Source: Octopus sinensis (Eukaryota). From it: DNA of 64,000 bases. The notes beneath the pieces were generated by a model that ran no database searches, had not been told where the DNA came from, and saw only the letters and a program-made list of their open reading frames with translations. A program made the translations under genes and the position numbers. Positions 1 through 10,854 of this stretch are shown in pieces; within the stretch, counting starts at the first letter, position 1, and each line of letters begins with the position of its first letter. The stretch lies in the NCBI RefSeq assembly GCF_006345805.1, contig NC_043008.1, forward strand, positions 8,556,001 through 8,620,000. Direction: 5' to 3'.

Positions 1-373
1 TCATTGAAGAATTAGGAATTATCATTATTAGATGCTAGAAGTGTCAGAACATATACATAATGATCGCAGAAATATGTGCACATATTTGAAATTCACAAAT
101 GCAATTACTACAGACAGTCGCGCAAATTGCCATGTTGTTACGGTTATGTGGTAATTCTTTAATAATTTTTGTATATTTCCTTCTTTCAGCCTTCAAAATA
201 CTCCCACAATCTCGCTTATTCAAAATTTAATGAAAACCTTCTTTCCGTGAATTTAGTTTTCCTTAATCACCATATAAACTAACTGTAAAGAATTCCAGTT
301 TATCGAACAATACATGTGTGCATGTGGTTACATGTCTGAGAGTGTGTGTGTGTTTATATAAAAGTATGACTAA

Positions 374-603
374 GGCGGCGAGCTGGCAGAAACGTTAGCA
401 CGCCGGACGAAATGCTTAGCGGTATTTCGTCTACCGTTACGTTCTGAGTTCAAATTCCGCCGAGGTCGGTTTGCCTTTCATCCTTTCGGGGTCGATAAAT
501 TAAGTACAAGTTACGCAATGGGGTCGATGTAATCGACTTAATCCGTTTGTCTGTCCTTGTTTGTCCCCTCTATGTTTAGCCCCTTGTGGGTAGTAAAGAA
601 ATA
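374..603 (+). mobile_element. tRNA-derived SINE, family A, full length, with 17-bp TSD
   Basis: Head GGCGGCGAGCTGGCAGAAACGTTAG, B-box-like GAGTTCAAATTCC, tail ending AAAGAAATA. TATATAAAAGTATGACT is duplicated at 355-371 and 604-620. Many related copies in the window. Confidence 0.92.
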
Positions 604-1414
604 TATATAAAAGTATGACTGCATGCGCTCAGCACACCACAATTAATTTAGGTTTCGGTTCTTACTTTTAATCGCGTTAAACTCCCACCGTTGCGTATTT
701 ACACGGATCCTGCACAGTCTGATGTGGACTATAACGTAATAGAGGGCTACGTTAATAATAAAAGGAAAAAAAAAATGGGCTTGAAACTGGAACTCCTTTA
801 TTTCATCTGTTACATGTGTATCAACATTCTGTAGCACAGGATGCCACGCGGTAGATACAACCCATAAATGTACAATAATGTGGCAATATGAATAAGCAAA
901 CATATCTTCAGACAGAAACTAGAAATATAACTGAAACATGTAGTACCGGAACTTGAATACTGAGCAGGCGTAGATAGGGTAGGAACGTGGAAGGGGAGAG
1001 GAGTATGATCACGGCCCTGCATCTATAAAGGTGGAATAGTGTTAATAAGAATAGGTTTGAATCGCTGACCACGTAAACAGGCAGCACTTGTGAGGCCTTA
1101 CGACAGAGGAGAGAGGATAAGGGCGTGTATACAAAAACAATTGCTGATGAAATAGGTCAAGGCAATTTGGGTGTTAAGAGAACAAACGCTGGTAAGGTCT
1201 GTGGCGTCTCTATCGATACACGTAACTGGTCGGTCACATACCAACACACACACAAGGAAAAGAGTACTGATACAAATTTAAGATGCTTACGCTTAGAGAT
1301 ATACCCCAACACTCAGATATATACCTATCTACATACACACAGATACATGCACCTACATATACATACATACATACATACATACATAATATAATATTATATT
1401 ATAGATATATAATA

Positions 1415-1453
<39 letters not shown>

Positions 1454-1530
1454 GTATATATTATATATAGATATATATATATATATGATATATCTATATC
1501 TATATATATATATATATATAGTATATATAT

Positions 1531-1561
<31 letters not shown>

Positions 1562-1562
<1 letters not shown>

Positions 1563-1896
1563 GAGGCGCAATGACCCCAGTGTGTTAAGGCAACGGACTC
1601 GCGGTCGTAGGATCGCGGTCGTAGGATCGCGGTCGTAGGATCGCGGTTTCGATTCCGAGACCGGGCGTTGTGTGTGTGTTTATTGGGCGAAAACACCTAA
1701 AAGCTCCACAAGGCTCCGGCAGGGGGTGGTGATCCCTGCTGTACTCCTTCACCACACTTTCTCACACTCTTTCCTCTGTTGGCCTGCTCGCTTAGCCAGC
1801 GGGGTGGCGTCATTCGAAGCCTAAAACAATGCGAACGCATGTGACCAGCGATATGTAACTACATCTGATGGACTGGTCAGTCACGTGATCACGTGA
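1562..1896 (+). mobile_element. tRNA-derived SINE, family B head with an alternative 3' tail
   Basis: Head GGAGGCGCAATG..CAGTG matches the copies at 11.5, 47 and 51.5 kb as far as CACCAC..CTTTCTC, then diverges. The tail ends TCACGTGATCACGTGA and matches 39139-39256. Confidence 0.85.
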
Positions 1897-3343
1897 TATA
1901 TATATGTATACATGCACCTACATATACATACATACACACATATATATATATATATATATATAATGTGAAGTATCTTTGCCATCTGAATATGGCTAACCAC
2001 TAAGGGTCGATGTTACTGTAGCTTGTAGTCCCAGGAGAACATCTTCTCCAGCTGGCTATTAACAGACTTTCTGTGCCCTATCGGTATTTGCAAAGCGAGG
2101 TCATCCTTCCCTCGTCAACCTAAGTAATACGCACGGACTGCAGTTGCTGGGTATTGACCCGTCATCAGCGCACGACAATCACCGGTTTTCGATGGAAGGG
2201 TCCCAATGCAAATACATATATCCTTTTTCCAGTGACATTTCGTCACTGTTCTTGAAAAAGTGTATACAAGCAATAATAAATCTCTGAACGTGGTATAGAC
2301 AGTAACTGCACGACAATGTGAAGTATATTTCTTTACAAGTGCACTCTTATTAAAATAAGTTGTTCCGAGATGTGGAAAGCCTCCCAAGATTCAACCGCTT
2401 TACGTACTCAACAAATGCAGCAATATACACTTTGGATAGTCAACAAATGCATCCTAAACAGTAAGAGAGAATCTTGAAAATGAACTTGGCAGTAAGTTTT
2501 GCAGAGTACAGCACTAACCAAAACGATAAAGACAAATCTATCCATGAGAATTTTACATTTAAATCCATCAAAATCCGTTTGAAGTATTAGACTTCGAAAC
2601 ATCCCAAACAAAATCCTTCAATACGAAAGAACAGTCAGTATTTTAAAACTATTGACGCAAACAAAGTGTACAGTGCCGTAAAATCACAAAATTAGTTTGG
2701 AAAATACTTTCATATTCACTGAGTAGACCCGAATACGTATGCAACTCACTAGAGCAAGATTTTACGGCATAAAACGATACACTCAAATGCCAAACCCGAT
2801 GTTTAAAATGCACTAAACAGATTAACAAAATACCTAGCCACACAACTTGAAATATAATACAGGACTGAATCATAGTATGACGAATATTCATTATACCTAA
2901 TCGCTTCTCTAAATCTTCTCAGGTCTCAAATGCAGACACAAAACTCACGGAAGAAAACCAAAACATGGCGACTAGAATAATTCCAAGGAAACACAGCTCC
3001 AAAATGTTAAAAACAAGAATTATACAATGCAAATATAGCTACTCTATAGATTGTTTAAACAACATAAAAGAAAATGTATTAATTCACATTATTTCAATCA
3101 ATTCACTCTTTTGTTGTTGTCTATCGGAACATCTCTGTTACGAAAAGGACTTGTGTTTGCTCAGAGACGGATAACGATCAGCAAATGAATTAATTATGCA
3201 CAGAATGATATCCTTCATTTCCATTAACAACTTGGCTTCTGTAAAACAATAAAAATGGAATATGTTTCCTAATGCCATAGATTACTACAGGTTTCGCCGG
3301 AATGTATTGGTTTTAAACACAGCTCGTCCATAAGAGACATTTG

Positions 3344-3889
3344 TTTCTTTATTACCCACTGGGGGCTAAAGATACAGGGGACAAACAAGGACAGACAAAG
3401 GGATTGAGTCGATTACATCGACCCCCAATCCGTAACTGGTACTTATTTAATCGACCCCGAAAGGATGAAAGTTAAAGTCGACCTCGGCGAAATTTGAACT
3501 CAGAACGTAACGGCAGACGAAATGCCTATTTCTTTACTACCCACAAGGGGCTAAACAGCGGACGAAATACCTATTTCTTTATTACCCACAAGGGGCTAAA
3601 CACAGAGGGGACAAACAATGACAGACATAGGTATTAAGTCGATTACATCGACCCCAGTGCGTAACTGGTACTTAATTTATCGACCCGGAAAGGATGAAAG
3701 GTAAAATCGACCCGGAAAGGATGAAAGGTAAAATCGACCTCGGCGGAATTTGAACTCACAACGTAACGCAGACGAAATAGCGCTAAGCATTTCGCCCGGC
3801 GTACTAACGTTTCTGCCAGCTTACCGCTTTCGGCGGACGAAATACCGCTCAGCATTTCGCCCGGCGTGCTAATGTTTCTGCCAGCTCGC
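3344..3889 (-). mobile_element. Tandem cluster of family A SINE units
   Basis: Partial head, full unit with a 27-bp internal duplication (3679-3705/3706-3732), short tail piece and 5'-truncated unit, all in the same orientation. Confidence 0.9.
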
Positions 3890-4140
3890 TGCATTAAGAT
3901 ATATTTACGCAATGGGAAACCGCAGTGAGATATCTGCCAATGATGTATATACATTAAATGTAATATAGTCACTGTTATTCAAGTTATTACTACATCACCT
4001 GCGTCAACTGGATTATTCATACAGCCCGGCAACTATTCGCAATATAAATGAATGAGAAAATTATAATTTCCTATATTGTAGGCGACAGATCATATATGTA
4101 TACATACATGCATACATACATACACACACACACATAATAT

Positions 4141-4184
<44 letters not shown>

Positions 4185-4230
4185 GTATATGTGGGTGTGT
4201 GTGTGCGTGTATATTTATGTATATATATAT

Positions 4231-4260
<30 letters not shown>

Positions 4261-4261
<1 letters not shown>

Positions 4262-4578
4262 CGACTGGCTTCTGTGCCGGTGGCACATAAAAGGCACCAT
4301 CCGAACGTGGCCGATGCCAGCGCCGCCTTGGCTGGCTTCCGTGCCGGTGGCACGTTAAAAGCACCAACTGATCGTGGCCAATTCCAGACTCCCCTGGCAC
4401 CTGTGCAGGTGGCACGTAAAAAGCACCCACTACACTCGCGGAGTGGTTGGTGTTAGGAAGGGCATCCAGCTGTAGAAACACTGCCAGATCAGACTGGAGC
4501 CTGGTGCAGCCTTCTGGCTTCCCAGACCACGGTCGAACCGTCCAACCCGTGCTAGCGCGGAAAACGGAGGTTGAGCGA
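4261..4578 (+). mobile_element. SINE-like repeat with three internal ~34-bp repeats and an RTE-like 3' part
   Basis: TGGC..TGTGCCGGTGGCAC.TAAAA.GCACC at 4266, 4333 and 4395, then TTAGGAAGGGCATCCAGCTGTAGAAAC, a motif I recall from RTE-related repeats. Confidence 0.65.
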
Positions 4579-4672
4579 TGTTTTTTTTCCCCTCTTTATC
4601 AGAAAAGGTGCGTCCGGTAGTTCGCAGCAGGATAGACAAGGTATAAAGAAGACGGTATAAAACAAAGCTTTA

Positions 4673-4907
4673 AAATACCTATTTCTTTATTACCCACAAG
4701 GAGCTAAACACAGAGGGGACAAACAAGGACAGACATAGGTATTAAGTCGATTACATCGACCCCACTGCGTAACTGGTACTTATTTAATCGACCCCGAAAG
4801 GATGAAAGGCAAAGTCGACATCGGAGGAATTTGAACTCAGAACGTAACGCAGACGAAATACCGCTAAGCATTTCGCCCGGCGTGCTAACGTTTCTGCCAG
4901 CTTCGCC
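4673..4907 (-). mobile_element. Family A SINE
   Basis: Reverse complement of 374-603 at high identity. Confidence 0.9.
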
Positions 4908-5855
4908 ATATCCAAAGCGTACTCTTCTTACCTGATTAATGATCCAGCGTTGGAAACGAGCTTTTTTTAAATAGCTATCGCTAGAAATAATATTACTGAA
5001 TTATTATAGTAACTGCATCTGTTTTCATATTACTGAAAACTATCAGATGCGTTCATTTTGTTCCGAATATCTTGTCTCCAATATCATTACTATTTATTAC
5101 GTATAAAGACATTTGGCATTCACGCACTTCTGCTATTTTCCTAAACATATAAGTGTGCGCACGCGTGTGTGTGTGTGTCTGTGTGTGCGTATATATGTGG
5201 ATGTTCGTATATATATATTTGTTTGTGCATATATATACATATATCATTGATATGATATATTTACATACAAACGTATATGTCAAAGCAACACCGAATTGCC
5301 ATACACCCATTTTAATATGTGTATACGGAGATATGTAGTTGTGTGTGTGTGTGTGTATGTGTGTGCTTGTATGTGTGTGTGCATGTGGGTGTTATATTCT
5401 TATCCGCTATCAAGCAGCTGCAACAAATATTCTCCTCTTTATCTTGATAATCAATGTATTATCTTTAACAATATCATCAAAATCATCGAGAACGTTATCA
5501 GCACGCTCATCGCTATCTCTGTTGTGGTGTATGATTGATATCTTCGTTTGAGACAAGATTAATAGAAGCCTATAAGGAACCATGGTATTGTAACAAAACT
5601 TTGAATGCATGTACTAACGCACAAGGATACACATATATATATATATATATATATATGCAATCTCTGTAAGAACATACATGTATGCGTTGTATATTCATCA
5701 AATATATATATATATTATAATATATATATATATATATATGTATATAATCATATATATTGTGTTTATATATATACACACACACATATATATATACATGAAT
5801 ATACACATATATATATATATATTTGTAAGTATGTAATGAATATATGCATATATAT

Positions 5856-5890
<35 letters not shown>

Positions 5891-5906
5891 AATTAATAAT
5901 TATATA

Positions 5907-5972
<66 letters not shown>

Positions 5973-6262
5973 GTACGTATACGATTGAGGAGATAAACGA
6001 AGAAGGCGGCATTCAATACGTTTGGCAGGAGTTGCATATTTTTTTCATAAAATGTTTGACTCAACTTTGTGCGACTTCAGAAGCTGCGTTAGGCGCATCC
6101 ATCTAATCAGAGATCGGAAGATTCTTCTCCTGTTATCCGATTAGATGAACGCGTCCTACGCACACATAAATCTGTCAGTCATATAGAGCTGAGTCACCTA
6201 TATAGATAACCGATTTATAGGTGCAAAAACATTGGTCACTCACTGACAAGTCAGGAGAGACA

Positions 6263-6308
<46 letters not shown>

Positions 6309-6311
6309 GAT

Positions 6312-7033
6312 AATGATGGCCGTCCACTCGTGACGGAGGAAACCATTGCCGACCTTCAGGAACATTGTGCGCTCTATGACTAACTTATATTTTTCATTTG
6401 CGGCTCCGTCGGTGGCTAATGAGCCCTGCTCTTGACAAGCATACACGACTGCAAATATTGCAGACCAAGCTTTCCCACATTCACTATACGAGCCGTGCGC
6501 TTTCGCGCAGCTCGCTTAAGTTATTCATGCTGGATACGTTCTCTCTCAAAAGTGTCGATCTCCTCCTTAACCTGCTTCCTCCATCTGTAGCGATGAGAGG
6601 CTTTGTTCTCCCAGTCAGTGTCCTGCATATCAAAGGCCTTTAATGAGGACTTGACACAGTCCTTAAATCGCAGCCTTGGTTTCTACCGGAGTCTCCTTCC
6701 ATTCACAAGTTCTCCATAGAGCATCTGCTTAGGAATCCTTCTATCCTTCATTCTAATAAGGTGTTCAGTCCAACGCCACCGGTGCTTGTGTACCATCGCC
6801 TCAATTCTCAAGATATCAGCTGTCCTCAGGATCTGTGTGTCTGGAATTTTTGAGGCCCAGCCAATATTGAGAATGTGTCTGAGACATCTCTGATGAAAAC
6901 GTTCAAGGACCCTTACCTGACGTTTGTACAGAGTCCATGTCTCTCATGAGTAGAGAAGCGATTTCAGTACACAAGCACGGTACACAGCAACTTTTGTTCT
7001 CCTTGCGATGCCATGTTGGGACCAGACACGAAG
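6312..7033 (-). mobile_element. RTE-clade LINE, 5'-truncated, C-terminal ORF fragment
   Basis: Hand translation [64 protein letters not shown] is typical of the RTE/BovB C-terminus. Contains stops. The 3' end abuts (TA)n. Confidence 0.9.
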
Positions 7034-8040
7034 AGACCTCAGAACAACACTAAGTGAAAGACAATGTCCACCTCCACTTATAGACGGTGGAATTACCCGT
7101 GCTAAGAAGTTTCACATTAAAACACTCAGGGCAACAAAACGTAACACCATACTCAATCTCAAAGCACAACTCTATGTATCAGCTCAGAACTCTAGAAACT
7201 ATGAGTCATACAATTCTATTGTACAAAATGTACCTATGATAACTAGAGATCCAAAAATGAACATTCTGAAAACATAAATTCATCAAATGTAACAAGCAAC
7301 GCAAATCGCTAAAAAGACCTCTAACAAAAACATTACACAATAACCACAAAATCAACGGAAAAAAATGTGATCGCCCAAACGGACGAACATGTCCCAACCT
7401 ACTTGAAGTCTCGGAATTTCTATTTAAACAAGGAAAGAGGTTCACAATTGAAACCAACTTCACTTGTGCTTCTGAGAATCTAATTTATGTTATAACTAGT
7501 CAGGTTGTGGAAATAACTATGGTAGACAGAGAAGTATGACACTGAGACGGAGAACCACGCTACTTGCCAGTGCAAAGAAACAATTTTTAAAGAAGTAAGT
7601 TTAAATAAGGAAAATTTGTTCATTGAAAAATACAAAACATGTCTTAATATGAACGCATAACCAACTTTGATCTTAGACTATATTTTAATTCATGATCACA
7701 TACCCATCACTGTACATATTTCTTCTCAATACCTCAGCTTTTACGTTCTTCTGTATATGTATCCCCTTCTCGAAAGATGAACAAGTACCTCCCCTGTTCC
7801 CCCAAAATAACGATCACCAATTTACGTCCCTTCAGATTTTTCTACTTGCTGAATTATTCATTCATAAACTTCTCCACTCACAACACGCATTTAAATCTTC
7901 TTAAGAAAATACGAAATTACAATAATTTTTCTGCCATGATTAGCTAAAGCGAAACCGGTCGACAAACACAATATAAAATATATTTTAAAATATATTAAAA
8001 CTATGTAAAGTGTGTGCATTTCCTTCTTTTATTTTATATA
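7033..8040 (+). mobile_element. Penelope-type PLE, 5'-truncated and degenerate (RT thumb, GIY-YIG, pseudo-LTR)
   Basis: RDLRTTLSERQCPPPLIDGGITRAK and CDRPNGRTC..FKQGKRFTIETNFTCASENLIYVIT align with the element at 9.9-10.8 kb. The ORF ends NKENLFIEKYKTCLNMNA* at 7660. Confidence 0.88.
7932..7964 (+). ncRNA. Candidate minimal hammerhead ribozyme, A3-U8 core variant
   Basis: TGCC-ATGATTA-GC TAAA GC-GAAA-CCGG-TC-GACA. Lies about 270 nt after the GIY-YIG stop. Stem I is imperfect. Confidence 0.5.
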
Positions 8041-8468
8041 TATCTTTTGCATTGAAACTTATCACGAGAGTTAATTAATCAATTGTCCGTCTTCCGGTTT
8101 TTCAACCTTCCACTCTTTCTTTATACTTCTTTCTCGCCTTTTATCGCTTCTTCTCTCGTTCCATATTTAGGTCGTTTGCGATGAGGGCAGTGCCTTATAA
8201 CTGCTCCGAGATGCTAGACGTGTTATACAACAATGTTTAGCATGTTCTCAGCACATGAAACTAAGTAGCATATAAAAATGTATTGTGCTTATTAAACAAT
8301 ATTTCTCTCTCACCAGCTGGAGTACTGTATTATTGATTTTACCATTACAGAACGGTAACTATACATAGTGGAATGTCTTGGATTATATGATCCCTAATAA
8401 GGATTTGACTTCTACGAATTAATTGTGTGTGTATACATATATATATACATATATATATATATAGATAG

Positions 8469-8788
8469 ATAGATAAATGAAAGAATGGAGTCGAACGACG
8501 ATTTAACAAAATTCCTTTATTCTCGACACATGTTTCGAAGACTGCATATTCTTAATTCCGAAGGAACAAAGGGTGCATTGTGCCGTCTTCTCATCAGGAA
8601 AGACAAGGATCTTATGTCAGCATCATGACGAACAAAAACTTTTAGATGACTGCCCACACGGAGTCCATAGTGATAAATGGATAAATTATCACTATGGACT
8701 CCGTGTGGGCAGTCATCTAAAAGACATGTGACGAGAATAAAGGCATTTTGTTAAATCGTCGTTCGACTCCATTCTTTCATTTATCTAT
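8469..8788. mobile_element. Fold-back PLE pseudo-LTR remnant with nested inverted repeats
   Basis: Outer 65-bp arms 8469-8533/8724-8788 with 2 mismatches. Inner perfect 38-bp arms 8639-8676/8686-8723. Confidence 0.75.
8521..8601 (-). ncRNA. Type I hammerhead ribozyme, canonical core, long stem II
   Basis: TTTC-CTGATGA-GAAGAC..42 nt..GTCTTC-GAAA-CATGTG-TC-GAGA. Predicted GUC cleavage at 8525/8524. Confidence 0.72.
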
Positions 8789-8958
8789 AGTAAAAAACAC
8801 ACAAATTTCCACACGAAAGCACGTGATTTCTGCCCTTGGCATATAGCTTCAACCGTGCTTTCTGACGTAAATTTGCTACCCAGGTATCGGTTAACCGAAT
8901 TATCCATACCAGGTTATTCATTCAACTACTTAAACATTTATATACATATATATATATA

Positions 8959-8990
<32 letters not shown>

Positions 8991-9143
8991 GTAGTATATG
9001 TATGTATATGTCTTAGTTCGTATGTATTATGTACGTATGTATGTATGTTATATATATGTATAAGGGTGAAAAGGAACACACGAGTTGATATATATGAAAA
9101 AACAAGTCAAAAATAGAAAATGCTAAAATAATTTTATAGTGAA

Positions 9144-9191
9144 CATTTCAGTACCGGTTTCGGTCATTTTGAGACCTTTTCAACTGTAACG
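9144..9191 (-). ncRNA. Minimal hammerhead ribozyme, U3-A8 core variant
   Basis: CGTTACAG-TTGAAAA-GGTC TCAAAAT GACC-GAAA-CCGG-TA-CTGAAATG. Palindromic stem III ACCGGT. Predicted GUA cleavage at 9152/9151. Confidence 0.72.
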
Positions 9192-9540
9192 ATTAAATAA
9201 TTAAATTTAGAAAAATTAGAAGAAAAGTTTTTTTAAAGGAATATTTCTATAGTAGTGTTCAGATATAAGTGGCATTCTGCCTTTCTCTGACTCCCTTGTT
9301 TGCACTTGTGTGTTCGAGTCGTTGTGGTTCTTGGTAGGGTAGTAGGGAAGAGGGCTGGTGAGGAAAGGGGGGTGGGAGAATCTGGGAGTGCCCTGATGGT
9401 CGTATTTTGAATGGTCAGTGGCGGCTGGCAGTCTCAGTTCAATTCAGGAGAATATTTATATTGACAGGCTTGTTTATAGAATTAGCGTAGGTGTTATACT
9501 AAAAAACATTAGTGACAAAGTTAAGGGGTAGGGGGTGGAG

Positions 9541-9800
9541 AAGTAGAAGAAGAAGAAGAAGGAGAAGGAGAAGGAGAAGGAGAAGATGACGATGATGGTG
9601 ATGGTGGTGATGATTATGACGACGATGATGATGATAATGATGATGATGAAGAAGAAGAAGAAGAAGAAGAAGGAGGAGAAGGAGAAGATGGTGGTGATGA
9701 TGGTGGTGATGATGATGACGACGATGATGATGATAATGATGATGATGAAGAAGAAGAGGAAGAAGAAGAAGATGAAGAAGAAGAAGAAGAAGAAGAAAAG
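9541..9800. repeat. Compound (GAA)n/(GAT)n/(GGT)n microsatellite inside the pseudo-LTR
   Basis: Read directly. Mirror image at about 10815-11060. Source of the spurious poly-K/M/S/H/E ORFs. Confidence 0.95.
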
Positions 9801-10819
9801 AGAGAAGGGAGAATATGCATGGGTTGTAAATATAGCTATGAAGGGGCTGATTAGTAATGGATTCTATGGATGGAGTGTATATTTGTGTGTGTATATATAT
9901 TTTTCTTTTATTCTAAAGTTGAGGTAATTAATTGTTTGTCGTAGACCCGTTAAGAAGTGGCTTGTATTTTGTAATAAAGAGATTTTCTTTACTTATTCGT
10001 TGTCTCGAGGTTGTATCGTCCCTAAATTGGTAGAGGGGGAAAATTCTGAAGTTGGGTGTTTTTTTGTTGGCGCAAGTATCTATGTGTTGGCTAAAAGCTA
10101 TTTTTCTGTTTTGGGGAATTTTTATCTGGGATCTGTGCAGGGCCATTCGTTTACGCAAACCATTTTTTGTTTGGCCTATGTACTGCTCTTGACCCCGGAG
10201 CAGGTTAGTGAGTATATTAGGTTCTCCGAAGCACATGTGAAGTTGCTTTTCACTGTAAACCGTTGTCCCTGTTTGAAGGAGAACTCTGATCCCTCAATAA
10301 GATAGTCGCATATCCCGCAATTGGGTCTTCCACATTTTTTTACTGTCGGCTTCTGTGTTGAAGAGTGAATTCGGGCTTGTGTAAGGAGACTTTTCATGGA
10401 TTTAGGCTATCTTTTGCTTTTTATGATCGTGTGTGTTTGGAGGATTGTGTTCATTCTGTGGTCTTTTTTTAGGAGGGGTATGTTGTGGAGGATGGTGTCG
10501 AAGGCTTCGTTATTGAGAGTGTTGTGTGTGGAGATGTATGGTAAGGCTTTGGTTGTAAGTTTTTCTTGGATTTGGGATGTCTCAGTTCCTTGATGTTAAG
10601 TTCAAGGGCACGTTGAATGCACTTGTCAATAAGTGAAGGTGGATAGTTCCTGGTGATTAGGGTATCTTTTAGTTCTTGTAGTCGTGTGTCTCTGGTGTTT
10701 GCGTTAGAGACTATAGTGCATATCCTTTTTGCTAGATTGAAGGGGATATTCATCCTGGTGTGTCTGGTGTGTCTAGTCCTATATTTACACCCATGCATAT
10801 TCTCCCTTCTCTGTTTTTT

Positions 10820-10854
<35 letters not shown>

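Noticed and set aside
374-460. tRNA genes at SINE heads
   Set aside because: A/B-box-like motifs run into SINE bodies with TSDs. No complete cloverleaf was found.
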